Shown here piece after piece: positions 16,058 through 24,562 of a DNA stretch of 33,494 bases. Position numbers and translations under genes: made by a program. Origin of the DNA: a virus (taxonomy: Duplodnaviria; Caudoviricetes); IMG/VR virus record IMGVR_UViG_3300038393_001280, positions 1-33,494 of that record. One strand, given 5' to 3'. Below the pieces are notes generated by a model. That model was given only the letters and a program-made list of their open reading frames with translations. It searched no databases and was not told the origin of the DNA. Each line of letters opens with the position of its first letter. Position 1 is the stretch's first letter.

Positions 16058-16767
16058 TGCTTCTTCTCTCCTTCCTTCGCTGCTGGAGGCAGCGCAATGC
16101 CGTGTGCGGCTTCGATAGCTCGGACGAGCGGCATTGCGATTGCCTTGACCCACACCATGTCCAAGCTGTTCTCGCCCCATGCGCCCTCGGCCTGGTTCTC
16201 GTCGGGGCCGAACAACTGCTTGGCGATGGCGACGACTCGCTCCTCCGTCAGCATCCTCACTGCCTGCTGCGCGGGCTGCTGCGGTGCGGCGGCCACAAGC
16301 TCTGCGGCTTGATGACGCGCGGCGCGGTGGCCCTTGCGGAAGCCATCCAGCCACTTTTCCGGCGCTGCGTCGGGCAGGATTCCGTCGGGCAGATTGAGGA
16401 TGGCCGCGTGCAGGTCGGTCTGCTGCGCTGGCTGCTGTGCCTGTGTGGGGGCCACAAGAGCGGCGCGGCACTGTGCGCAGCCAACCCATTCGGCATTCGG
16501 GCCAAGGCCGGTATTGCCATGGTCGCATCGCCAGAACTTGCCCGACGTGACCATCAGCGGGTGCGGCAGGTACACATTGCGCCCGACGAGCGCGGATTCG
16601 TCAGCCGGCACCGTCAGCGCCTCCTGCTGCTGTGCCTGTGAGGCTGCTTGCAGGAGTGAGGACACGACGGCTTCCAGTTCGGATCGCACGCGGTATCTGG
16701 CAGCGGTGCTCGCTTCCCAATACTTGTCAGCCGCTTCCATGATCTGCGTGATGCGCGGGTCAACCAT
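16054..16767 (-). CDS. Modular hypothetical protein with QAQQ/QPAQ linkers
   Basis: GGAGG RBS, start MVDPRI at 16767; C-terminal LVRAIEAAHGI module. Confidence 0.65.
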   Translation of the reverse strand: MVDPRITQIMEAADKYWEASTAARYRVRSELEAVVSSLLQAASQAQQQEALTVPADESALVGRNVYLPHPLMVTSGKFWRCDHGNTGLGPNAEWVGCAQCRAALVAPTQAQQPAQQTDLHAAILNLPDGILPDAAPEKWLDGFRKGHRAARHQAAELVAAAPQQPAQQAVRMLTEERVVAIAKQLFGPDENQAEGAWGENSLDMVWVKAIAMPLVRAIEAAHGIALPPAAKEGEKKQ

Positions 16768-16966
16768 GGGAGCCTCCGTTGCGACCGATGGATGCGTCCA
16801 GCAGGCGCGTGATTTCCTTGAGCGCAGCCAGCTCCTGCTCCGACCGGCGCTCGCGGGCCTCGGCATCAAAGACTTGCTGGGTAAAGGAGCGCTCCCCCAT
16901 GTTGCACAGCGTGCAGGCGTCGGCCACCACGGCGAACGGCACTGCCAAGAGGCGTCGCAGCTTCAT
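16760..16966 (-). CDS. Hypothetical phage protein
   Basis: GGAGG RBS, start MKLRRL at 16966; hydrophobic N-terminus. Confidence 0.55.
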   Translation of the reverse strand: MKLRRLLAVPFAVVADACTLCNMGERSFTQQVFDAEARERRSEQELAALKEITRLLDASIGRNGGSHG

Positions 16967-17202
16967 TTGCCGTCCTCCTTCCGCACTTCCACCGCCTGCG
17001 CTGCTGGCTGTCCTACTGGCGCTGCTGCTCGATCTGCGCTGGGGGCGGCGAGAGCGGCGCGAGGTTCGCAACGCATTAGGCGGTTGGATAGCTCCACGAC
17101 CGTACTGGCATCGCTGGCAGTTGCTTGGCCGTTCACGATGCGCCGCGCGATGGCGTCAGCCTCGGCGTGCAGTTCGGCATTCGTGTTGCGGCTGTCCATC
17201 AC
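16963..17202 (-). CDS. Hypothetical phage protein
   Basis: Coupled to both neighbours; APVGQPA linker. Confidence 0.55.
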   Translation of the reverse strand: MMDSRNTNAELHAEADAIARRIVNGQATASDASTVVELSNRLMRCEPRAALAAPSADRAAAPVGQPAAQAVEVRKEDGK

Positions 17203-17414
17203 TTCCCTCCGGAGTTGCCGTGAACGATGGAACGAATGTCGCCGGCCAATTCGCGCAGGCGGTTGTATTCGTCCTCGTACTTGCGCGAGATTTCCCGCAC
17301 GCCGGTGTCGCGGTCGGTCAAGGAGTGCTGGTCCGCGAGGTCGTCGGCCATCTTTTCCAGCATCGCAGCGGCGGCATTGACTCCCGCCGTGAACTCGTCC
17401 TGTTGATCGCTCAT
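17199..17414 (-). CDS. Hypothetical phage protein
   Basis: ATGA coupling; helical acidic 71-aa protein. Confidence 0.6.
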   Translation of the reverse strand: MSDQQDEFTAGVNAAAAMLEKMADDLADQHSLTDRDTGVREISRKYEDEYNRLRELAGDIRSIVHGNSGGK

Positions 17415-18844
17415 GCCTTTACCCTCCAGCAGTCACCGTGCCACGTATCCACGCCGTAGCCCGTCACCTTCACCGCCTTGCAGCCGTCGCGGCATGGGCC
17501 GATCTGCTTGGCACAGTAGGGAGCCTTCTCGCTCGCGGTCGAGGGCGTCCAGCCTGCGGGCCACTCCTGCCTCTCCATCAGGGCGGCGGGCACCACGGGT
17601 GCGGGCGCAGCCTCGCTGCTGGTGGCTGGCTGTCCTACTGAGGGAGCGGCAGCGAGAACGGCGCGGAAGTCGTCACGAGCGCTGACAAGGCGCGGATGGC
17701 CTTCGGAGCCCTCGGCCCAGATGCACCCGGCCTCCAGTGCCACTGTCACGCGGCGGGCAAGCTCCACCGGCACCAGCTTGTAGCCCTCTGCTGGCTGTCC
17801 TGCGGGAGCTGCGATGGGGGCGCCCATGGCAGCGTCGATTTGCTCGCGGATCGTGCGAGGCGATTGGAGCGCGTCGTAGGTCCATGAGTCCCACTGGAAC
17901 CCTCTGGCGCTGCTCTCCCGTCGCCGCGCTTCCAGCCAGTCCAGTCGCCGCGCGTCGTCTCCGATGGGGGCATCAGCCCTGGCTGGGGTGGCAGGGCGAG
18001 CGCGGAAAATCAGCGCGACAAGATCATCGACGGCTGGATGGTCTGAGCCCAGCGCCCCGACGAGCATCGCCATCAGGCGCTTGTCGCCATCGGTCACGTT
18101 CGCCCCCATGATCGTCCAGCCGAAGTCGGTCGATCCGTACTCAGGAAACGTCGCCTCCCCCTTGGGTGCGGCACCCTCCTGCTGTACGGGGGATGCGGCA
18201 CGCTCGCGCATCTTGGCCGCGATCACATCCGGCGCGTCCCGCAGGAAGTCGATGAACGGGTGCGCGCGGCTGTCATGCGCCTCGCCGTCGTCCATGTAGG
18301 CCAGCGGGCCGGCATAGACGCTGCACAGCAAGCGGCGCAGCGTCCGCTCATCGCTCACCATCTGTCCGGCCTGCTCCTGCGCTGGAGGGGCGGACAGGGC
18401 GGCATCCAGGCGGTAGATGCACACGGAGCCGTCCTCGAACTTCTCCGACCAGCAGAACGGCACGCCGTTGCCGTCGGTGGCCCAGTGTTCTTCGATGTCC
18501 TCGGCCAGCAGGTCGCGCCAGCGGTCATCCGGCCCGCAGGCGACTTCCTTCTCCATAAGGAGGCACAGCTCATCCCAGCCTTGCACCATGAGCGCGCCTG
18601 CACCGTCGCCGTGGCAGGCGTAGCAGAAGGTCGCGTGCTGCAGGGCCGGGTGCGGCGCGATGATCTGTACCGCTGCCTGTCGCAGGTCGGGCGCGGGATG
18701 CGATGCAAGGGCGGCGCAGAACTTCGCCCACGATTCATCGCCGAACGCGACTGCCGGCTGATACGGATTGGCCCTGTTGCGGTACACCGTGGCGCCGCAT
18801 TCCTGCGCGAGCTGGAGGGTAGCGTCGATTGCCGGGGAGGTCAT
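17411..18844 (-). CDS. Large multi-module hypothetical protein (Eaa/Ead-type mosaic)
   Basis: Start MTSPAI at 18844 after GGAG; modules such as DARRLDWLE...REQIDAAM and EGYKLVP separated by Ala/Pro/Gln linkers. Confidence 0.7.
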   Translation of the reverse strand: MTSPAIDATLQLAQECGATVYRNRANPYQPAVAFGDESWAKFCAALASHPAPDLRQAAVQIIAPHPALQHATFCYACHGDGAGALMVQGWDELCLLMEKEVACGPDDRWRDLLAEDIEEHWATDGNGVPFCWSEKFEDGSVCIYRLDAALSAPPAQEQAGQMVSDERTLRRLLCSVYAGPLAYMDDGEAHDSRAHPFIDFLRDAPDVIAAKMRERAASPVQQEGAAPKGEATFPEYGSTDFGWTIMGANVTDGDKRLMAMLVGALGSDHPAVDDLVALIFRARPATPARADAPIGDDARRLDWLEARRRESSARGFQWDSWTYDALQSPRTIREQIDAAMGAPIAAPAGQPAEGYKLVPVELARRVTVALEAGCIWAEGSEGHPRLVSARDDFRAVLAAAPSVGQPATSSEAAPAPVVPAALMERQEWPAGWTPSTASEKAPYCAKQIGPCRDGCKAVKVTGYGVDTWHGDCWRVKA

Positions 18845-19227
18845 GCTTGTTCTCCTCGGGCACGGGCGCGTCCAGCTGCTAGCGCCTGTTCGGGCGTCGG
18901 TGTGCCGGCGGAGGCCTTGCCAAAGACCGGGTGCGCGCAGGCGAACAACCGCTCCACCCGCTCGCGCGTCTCGTGGTCGTAATAGCCCGCCCAGTAGCCG
19001 AGATTGACCTTGGCGATCTGTTCGGCAGTCATTCCGTCGTCGCGCGGCTCGGCGTCCAGGTGTTTCTGGATGAAGGCGGCATAGGCGGCGAGGTACTGCG
19101 CGGCGTCCGCCTCGTCGGCGATCTTCATCGCCGGGCCAAGGCACTCGCCGTAATTCAGGGATGCTTTGCCTTCGGGATTGAAGGGCGTGTGCTTCGCGGG
19201 AAGTGCGTCTTTGCGATCAGGGGTCAT
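18841..19227 (-). CDS. Hypothetical phage protein
   Basis: Start MTPDRK at 19227 after GGAG; NLGYWAGYY...HPVFG motif. Confidence 0.65.
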   Translation of the reverse strand: MTPDRKDALPAKHTPFNPEGKASLNYGECLGPAMKIADEADAAQYLAAYAAFIQKHLDAEPRDDGMTAEQIAKVNLGYWAGYYDHETRERVERLFACAHPVFGKASAGTPTPEQALAAGRARARGEQA

Positions 19228-19607
19228 TGCTGTTCTCCGATGGATGCGTCCTGCTTGAGCTCCACGACTTCGACGCGCAGCCATCCAGCCCTCTCGGCCA
19301 TTGCCTTGCACTGCTCGGCGGCCTCCGGGATCTCGTAGGGCTTGCTTCGCACCGGCCGGCGTTTTGCGTTCATCAGCCAGTTGCCCTCGTCCCACTCCTT
19401 CGGCAGCTTGGCGCCGGGCATCGTGCCGGCAGCCTTCACAGCCTTGGCGTGCTCGCTGCGCGCCTCCTCCAGCGTGCCAGGCGGGATGCCGACCACGCGC
19501 CAGCCGTTGTGAAACGACTTGGGCTTGTCGTTCTTGACCTTCTTCGGCTTGGCGTGCTTGCTGGAGTCGAGGGCGACACGCTCGCCCATGAAGTTGACGT
19601 ATTCCAC
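19224..19607 (-). CDS. Hypothetical basic phage protein
   Basis: GGAGG upstream of GTG; Lys-rich 127 aa; coupled to the next gene. Confidence 0.6.
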   Translation of the reverse strand: MEYVNFMGERVALDSSKHAKPKKVKNDKPKSFHNGWRVVGIPPGTLEEARSEHAKAVKAAGTMPGAKLPKEWDEGNWLMNAKRRPVRSKPYEIPEAAEQCKAMAERAGWLRVEVVELKQDASIGEQQ

Positions 19608-19737
19608 GAGTCAGCCCTCCATCTGCAGTTCTGGTTCTGTTTGCATCAGTGCTCCGTCTATAGGTGGGCGGGCGATTTGCCCCTTGATCGCGGCAACCTC
19701 CATTGCAGGGTCTTGCGCCACTTCCGCCCGTTGTTCT

Positions 19738-20367
19738 TTACGCCGCCAGCTTGAGACTGCGGATGCGCTCGACTTCCGCGTCCACTTCGCCGAGGAACTT
19801 CTCGACCTCGGCGGCCAGCTTCTTGATCGCGTCCTCGTTGCGCTGGATGCGCCGCACGATCAGCTGCAGGTGCTCCGGAAAGTCGGGGTTGTAGGAAACG
19901 AAGTCCCACCACTGCCGGCCCGTGACCCACATGCCGCCCTGAATCTGCCAGGTGTATTCGGGCGGCTCGGCGCCGATCTGCAGGTAGTTCAGGTGCGCGG
20001 CAAGCTCGGGGCACTTGATCTCCAGCCCGCCGTCCTCGCCGATGAGGCCATCAGGGGATGCGCCGGCCGTCAGGGTGTCGTGCATGCACAGGCCCACCTC
20101 CTGCACGATGTTGCCGGTGTGCGCTTCGTAGGCCATGCGGGCGAACGGCTCGCGCTCGGTGCCCTGCTTCATGGCGGCGTTCTGAAAGCTCGGCACGCTC
20201 TTGCCGGTCAGGCGCTCGACCACCAGGCGGGCGCGGTAGTTGCGGCGGTCGGCCGCCTCGCCGGACTTGACCGTCGCCATGATCGCGGCGAAGCACGAGG
20301 CGGTGGGCACGCCAGCGCGCGAGGCGAGCCACTCGGCGGAGCCTTGGGGGAAGTCGATGATGTTCAT
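19738..20367 (-). CDS. exo: Lambda-exonuclease / YqaJ family exonuclease
   Basis: QGSAEWL..R.G..TAS, GTEREP.AR, GASPDG, LEIKCP, YTWQIQ motifs; start at 20367. Confidence 0.92.
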   Translation of the reverse strand: MNIIDFPQGSAEWLASRAGVPTASCFAAIMATVKSGEAADRRNYRARLVVERLTGKSVPSFQNAAMKQGTEREPFARMAYEAHTGNIVQEVGLCMHDTLTAGASPDGLIGEDGGLEIKCPELAAHLNYLQIGAEPPEYTWQIQGGMWVTGRQWWDFVSYNPDFPEHLQLIVRRIQRNEDAIKKLAAEVEKFLGEVDAEVERIRSLKLAA

Positions 20368-21134
20368 TCGGCGACCTCCGCGACCGGGCGGGATTCGACA
20401 TCCTGGGCCGGGTTCTTGAGCTTGGTGGCCTTGGCGGCGACGGCGTTTTTCAGCGCCGTGTGGCTGGTCTTGTCCTTGGCAGCCAGGACGACGGCGACGT
20501 GCTTCTTCCAGGCGGCCGTCAAGGCGGCCTCGTCGGCGCACGCATTCACCTCGGCCAGGGCGGCGTCCAGGTCGAAAGTGGGGGCGGTGAGGATCTCGCC
20601 AGTGGACGGGTCCACCGTGCGGACCTCGGCGATGCGTTCGGCCTCGTCCTGGTCGTAGATGCCGGCGTAGCCGAAGGCGATCCGCGCGCACTGGATCATC
20701 GCCTTGTGGCGCAGCATGCGGCGGGGATGGGACTGCCATGGCCCGACGTTGGGACGGCGGCACTCGGCCATGTACTCCGTCACCTTTACGGGGTGGCTGC
20801 GGTCCTTGCGGTAGATGATGCAGGTGCAGCTTTCCGCGTCCTGCTCGAAGTCCATGCCGTCGAACTGCGGATGGCCGTTGATGATCCGGCTCCAGCCGTC
20901 CACGCCGACCACCGGCACGATGCCGTTGTTCTTGTCGGGGAAGGCGTAGATTTCCTTCGTCCAGGGGTTCAGGCCGTACTGATTGGCGACCACCAGCAGG
21001 GCGGTCATCTGGGCGTCGCTGACTTGGCCCTTGAAGGCCGTTGCCTTGAGGGTTTCAACCAGGCCGGCGCCGTCGCCCATGCTGAGCTTGGCGGCCAGGT
21101 TCTGCGTCAGCGCAACGAGTGCGTTGGAAGCCAT
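20364..21134 (-). CDS. bet: Red-beta single-strand annealing recombinase
   Basis: TLKATAFKG, VANQYGLNPWTKEIYAFPDK, GIVPVVGVDGW, HPRRMLRHKAMIQCAR; start MASNAL at 21134. Confidence 0.95.
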   Translation of the reverse strand: MASNALVALTQNLAAKLSMGDGAGLVETLKATAFKGQVSDAQMTALLVVANQYGLNPWTKEIYAFPDKNNGIVPVVGVDGWSRIINGHPQFDGMDFEQDAESCTCIIYRKDRSHPVKVTEYMAECRRPNVGPWQSHPRRMLRHKAMIQCARIAFGYAGIYDQDEAERIAEVRTVDPSTGEILTAPTFDLDAALAEVNACADEAALTAAWKKHVAVVLAAKDKTSHTALKNAVAAKATKLKNPAQDVESRPVAEVAE

Positions 21135-21154
21135 GTCGATCCTTTCGGTGAAAT

Positions 21155-21385
21155 TCAGAGCCTGGCGATGCAGTAGATGGCCGTGCCGACAAGAGCCAGG
21201 ACGACAGCGCATCCAGCGCCGATGGCGAACAGAGAGGCGAGCACGTTGGAGCAGCGCATCTCCTCGTCCTCGTCTGCATCCGTGTGGTTGGACTGCCAGC
21301 CGTGATCCACTTGCATACCGCCGTTCCAGTGGTTGAGCCCACAGGTGCAGGCCCGTCCTTGGTTGCAGTTGAAGGTGCAGGACAT
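21155..21385 (-). CDS. Small membrane protein with CNQGRxC motif
   Basis: MSCTFNCNQGRACTC N-terminus, C-terminal TM helix. Confidence 0.6.
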   Translation of the reverse strand: MSCTFNCNQGRACTCGLNHWNGGMQVDHGWQSNHTDADEDEEMRCSNVLASLFAIGAGCAVVLALVGTAIYCIARL

Positions 21386-21546
21386 CACGACCTCGCAGCA
21401 GCAAGAGCGACCAGCAGGCCGATGACGACCACGGGCCAGAAGATGCGGGGCAGGGTGGTCCTGGCGGGCCGCTCGACGGCGCAGGCGTACTGGCAAGTGC
21501 GCGGGAACGCCTCGGCCATGCTTCGCGGGTAGGTGCGGGTGTTCAC
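21385..21546 (-). CDS. Small membrane protein (YPRSMAEAF motif)
   Basis: GTG start coupled to upstream stop; RTYPRSMAEAF then C-terminal TM. Confidence 0.6.
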   Translation of the reverse strand: MNTRTYPRSMAEAFPRTCQYACAVERPARTTLPRIFWPVVVIGLLVALAAARS

Positions 21547-21707
21547 TGGCCGCCTCCGTCCTTGATGGGGTCGACAACCACATAGCCGCCCAACAACCAC
21601 GCGAGGTCATGGTTCTGCTCGGCGACTTGCCTGCGGGAATAGCCCATGGCTTCAAACTGCTTGAGCACCACAGAGCCGTTCTTGATCTTTACGAGGTAGA
21701 GGCTCAT
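21543..21707 (-). CDS. Hypothetical phage protein
   Basis: ATGA coupling; start MSLYLV at 21707. Confidence 0.55.
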   Translation of the reverse strand: MSLYLVKIKNGSVVLKQFEAMGYSRRQVAEQNHDLAWLLGGYVVVDPIKDGGGQ

Positions 21708-21922
21708 GCCGCATCCCCGAGAAGCTGCAGGGCTTGGTGCGCGGCGTCGTTGGTATCGCCGCGAAGCTTGTGCGTGCGCATGAACTCGCCCGCGTGCTCT
21801 TCCAGCAGCGCGAACCACGCGCCGCCCGGCAGGTCGTCGTCGTCATAGACGATCGACATCCAACCCTTGAACTCCTCGTGAAGGCGGGCGGGGATCGGCC
21901 CCGGGGTGTGCTTGCTGCTCAT
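21704..21922 (-). CDS. Hypothetical protein with KHTPGP N-terminus
   Basis: MSSKHTPGP start motif common in phage early genes. Confidence 0.6.
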   Translation of the reverse strand: MSSKHTPGPIPARLHEEFKGWMSIVYDDDDLPGGAWFALLEEHAGEFMRTHKLRGDTNDAAHQALQLLGDAA

Positions 21923-21924
21923 GC

Positions 21925-22284
21925 TTAGGCCCTCGCTTCGGCAAGCCAATCGACCTGCTTGTCCTGCCACTTGGCGCACAGCCCGGCCCGCAGTTGCGCC
22001 ACCAGCGCGCACGGCGAGTCCTGCAGCACCTTGAGCAGCAGGGCATCGACTTCGCCCTCGTGGATCAACTCCAGCAGGGCTTCGGGCATCGGAACGCTCA
22101 CCACTCGCGTGTTCACGACGGCCGGCAGGGTGATCTGCGCCAGCGGGAGTCGCTCGATCAGCAGGAACTGATTGGCGATCTCCTGCTTGGCCAGCTCCTT
22201 CTCGATCACCAGGCGCTCCGTGGAGGCGTCCTGTGCGTCGGAGTGGCGCATCTCATCGAGGACGGGGTCGCTGCTGTAGCTCAT
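21925..22284 (-). CDS. Hypothetical phage protein
   Basis: GGAG RBS, ATGA coupling, MSYSSDPVLD start. Confidence 0.65.
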   Translation of the reverse strand: MSYSSDPVLDEMRHSDAQDASTERLVIEKELAKQEIANQFLLIERLPLAQITLPAVVNTRVVSVPMPEALLELIHEGEVDALLLKVLQDSPCALVAQLRAGLCAKWQDKQVDWLAEARA

Positions 22285-22718
22285 GCGGCACTCCCGAGGG
22301 CATTGGCGATGGCTGCGACTGCGGCTGGATCGGTTTCGCTGGTGGCGCCAACGCTGGCAGTGATCGCGGCCCGAACCTCCGCCGGGGTCGCCATGACTCC
22401 AGCGATGCAGCTCACGCTGTAGGCGGCTTCGCGCTTCTGCCGTTCAATCGCCCCGTTCTTGTGGGAGGGGTGAAAGAAGATTTCCGGCTTGAGCCCGTCC
22501 TTCTTCAGATGACCGAGAACACCGTCCTTGACGGCGGTGCGCAGTTCGGCTCGAACAGAGGCGGGCACGCGGCCGACGACGACACGCATGCCGCTCGTCA
22601 GGATGTTCGAGACGTTCGGGCCGTAGTCGTCGGTGTAGCCATGAGGGGACACGTACCGCTGCGGCTTCGACGTGTTCTGCTCGCTGTTGCTCGGTTCGCT
22701 CATCTCTCTTCGCTCCAT
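22281..22718 (-). CDS. First gene of the pL operon, hypothetical (start 22718 or 22703)
   Basis: Directly downstream of pL and leader hairpin 22715-22740. Confidence 0.6.
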   Translation of the reverse strand: MERREMSEPSNSEQNTSKPQRYVSPHGYTDDYGPNVSNILTSGMRVVVGRVPASVRAELRTAVKDGVLGHLKKDGLKPEIFFHPSHKNGAIERQKREAAYSVSCIAGVMATPAEVRAAITASVGATSETDPAAVAAIANALGSAA

Positions 22719-22745
22719 TGAGCCCGGGGTGGGCTGATGGGATGC

Positions 22746-22787
22746 AGTTTAGGACAAGCTAAACCATGAGTCAAGGGAAAACTAAAC
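22746..22787 (-). promoter_or_regulatory. pL promoter with operators OL1 (22747-22764) and OL2 (22770-22787)
   Basis: TTGACT-17-TAAACT on minus strand; GTTTAG-N6-CTAAAC and GTCAAG-N6-CTAAAC match the right operators. Confidence 0.85.
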
Positions 22788-22827
22788 TAAAATCGCTTCC
22801 CAAGGGTTTGCCCCGATGAGCGGGCGC

Positions 22828-22889
22828 AAAAAAGCCGCCTCAGTGGGCGGCTTGGCGGGAATGAAAAAGCCGCCCGGATGGGGCGGCTT
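22828..22889 (-). terminator. Two tandem intrinsic terminators closing the immunity-region transcripts
   Basis: AAGCCGCC stems at 22828-22853 and 22864-22889, each with a T-tract on the minus strand. Confidence 0.85.
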
Positions 22890-22909
22890 GAGGCGGGAGC
22901 GAGCGGGCG

Positions 22910-23341
22910 TTAGTCGCCGTTGTCGCCCGACTTCTGCGCGGATTTCTGGTGGCGCCACGCGGCCGAAGCCCCCCACCCGCCGACGAATCCGAGCAGGACC
23001 TTCACAAGGTCTAGCACTAGGGCATCCTTGTTCCAGTGCAAGGCCACCAAGACAAACGCGAGCAGGGCCGCGACGATCACGCCCGCAAAGACGAGGCGGT
23101 GCAGGTGCATCGCCTTCTCGACTGCGCGCTCGTCCCTGCGGTCGGAGACTTGCGCCTCGATGGACTTGTCGGCGATCTTCTGGTTGTGGTCGATCTCGCG
23201 CAGGGAGATCTCGGCCTGCTTCAGCTCAAGCGAGAGCTTCTGCTCCTGCACGGCCAGCATGCGCTGGACCGTGGCCTCCGTGAGCTGCGGGAAGTTCGGT
23301 TGCTGCGGCTTCAGCTGCTGGCCCGGCTTCGGGCCGTTCAT
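22910..23341 (-). CDS. Coiled-coil plus 2-TM membrane protein (DUF2335-like architecture)
   Basis: N-terminal heptad-rich helix, two hydrophobic helices with a GFVGGWG glycine motif; GGAG RBS, ATGA coupling. Confidence 0.75.
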   Translation of the reverse strand: MNGPKPGQQLKPQQPNFPQLTEATVQRMLAVQEQKLSLELKQAEISLREIDHNQKIADKSIEAQVSDRRDERAVEKAMHLHRLVFAGVIVAALLAFVLVALHWNKDALVLDLVKVLLGFVGGWGASAAWRHQKSAQKSGDNGD

Positions 23342-23532
23342 GCAATCTCACGGCGCAGCATGGGCACCGTGTACTGCAGCTCGAAAGCACCGAAGTCGCG
23401 CTCGCCCTTGCGAGGCGATAGAAATCGCGAGCGGGCGATCAGGTGCGGGCTCTCTTTCGAGATCCGCAGAAACTCGGCAGGGCTGACCACTTCCCTGCGC
23501 ACGGGCGTCGAGTGAAAGGGCTTGAGCTTCAT
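23338..23532 (-). CDS. Small basic protein, partner of the 2-TM protein
   Basis: 64 aa, EVVSPAEFL...SPRKGERDFG.FEL.Y; own extended -10 promoter. Confidence 0.7.
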   Translation of the reverse strand: MKLKPFHSTPVRREVVSPAEFLRISKESPHLIARSRFLSPRKGERDFGAFELQYTVPMLRREIA

Positions 23533-23541
23533 AGCCGGTCT

Positions 23542-23571
23542 ATCCTAACAGTTTGTTGATCGCCATGTAAG
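23542..23571 (-). promoter_or_regulatory. Putative sigma70 promoter of the two-gene module
   Basis: CTTACA-18-TAGGAT with TGn extension, 9 nt before ATG 23532, no RBS. Confidence 0.55.
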
Positions 23572-23600
23572 CGTCCATGACAGGCGGCCTGCCGGAGCGG

Positions 23601-23903
23601 CTAGTCGGCCGGCTTCCCGGCGTTCTTCTTCAAAGTCCTGCACTCCCGGCGCTCTTCCCGGTCCTTGACCAGGGAGTCAGCCACGGTCTGCCACTGCATG
23701 TTGGCGGGCTTGTCCGGCCCGCCTGCGCACAGTGGCACGACGTGATCGACCACGTAGCCGGGACACGAGCCGCGACGCTCGCCAGTGGCAGGGCAGGGGG
23801 TGTGGCGCTTGAAGGCGGCCACTTCGGCGGCCGAGCGCTGGCCAGCTTGGACTCCGAGCGCCACCAGGCCGCAGAGGAGCGGCGCCAGCGTTCTGGCCTT
23901 CAC
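23601..23903 (-). CDS. HNH nuclease-like protein with N-terminal signal peptide
   Basis: GTGA-coupled start; MKARTLAPLLCGLVALGVQA signal-like; PCP.TG..RGSCPGYVVDHVVPLCAGGPDKPANMQW. Confidence 0.8.
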   Translation of the reverse strand: MKARTLAPLLCGLVALGVQAGQRSAAEVAAFKRHTPCPATGERRGSCPGYVVDHVVPLCAGGPDKPANMQWQTVADSLVKDREERRECRTLKKNAGKPAD

Positions 23904-24514
23904 TTGCTCTCGAGCTGTCGCTGCAGCTGGCCAGCCATCGTTGAGACGCATTGCACGTAAGCCTTGGCGTCCTCCTGGTTCAGCTTAGGCTCAAAGCGGT
24001 AGATCCTGGTCGCCTTCTCGCTGGCCAGCCTGACGCCCAGCAGCAGCGGCCTCCCTTCGCCCTTGGCAATCGCTAGCAGTTCGTCCGCCCACATCTCGAA
24101 TGGGTAGCCGCTCATCGATGAAAGCCCGTTCTCGCCGGCCACACCGGTTCTGTATGGCTTGATCGGCGCCGCTCCCTCGGGCTGAAGCCACGTTTCGGCC
24201 ACCTTGAGGAGCTGCGAATTCTTTATTGATGTCAGATCTCCCTGCACACGGGAGACCTCCGTTTTCAGCAGGGAAATCAACTGAGTAGGCCCGGCATGAC
24301 CGATGGTGATGTTGAAGTCCCATCCATGCGCAGGGAACGCGGGGTGCGCTGGGTCGATGTCGATCCCGACGAACCGCAGGCCGCAGGACTTGTATTCGCC
24401 CCCGGACACGATCATGGTGGCCCTCGATGCGACGCCATGAATGTTCTGCACGTTCTGCCCGAAGGCCGGCGCTGTCGCAAGGACGGCCGCAAAAATCACC
24501 GAAGATGTGCGCAT
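23900..24514 (-). CDS. Exported protein of unknown function
   Basis: GGAGGGAGAGG RBS; MRTSSVIFAAVLATAPAFG signal peptide; two Cys. Confidence 0.7.
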   Translation of the reverse strand: MRTSSVIFAAVLATAPAFGQNVQNIHGVASRATMIVSGGEYKSCGLRFVGIDIDPAHPAFPAHGWDFNITIGHAGPTQLISLLKTEVSRVQGDLTSIKNSQLLKVAETWLQPEGAAPIKPYRTGVAGENGLSSMSGYPFEMWADELLAIAKGEGRPLLLGVRLASEKATRIYRFEPKLNQEDAKAYVQCVSTMAGQLQRQLESK

Positions 24515-24562
24515 CCTCTCCCTCCTGTTCAGCCCACGAGCCGCGCGGGCGCGGTATCGCGA

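Noticed and set aside
16351-16366. Third copy of the late-promoter 15-mer (CACTTTTCCGGCGC)
   Set aside because: Imperfect, inside a minus-strand CDS, and lacks the CGGAC/-10 element 17 nt downstream
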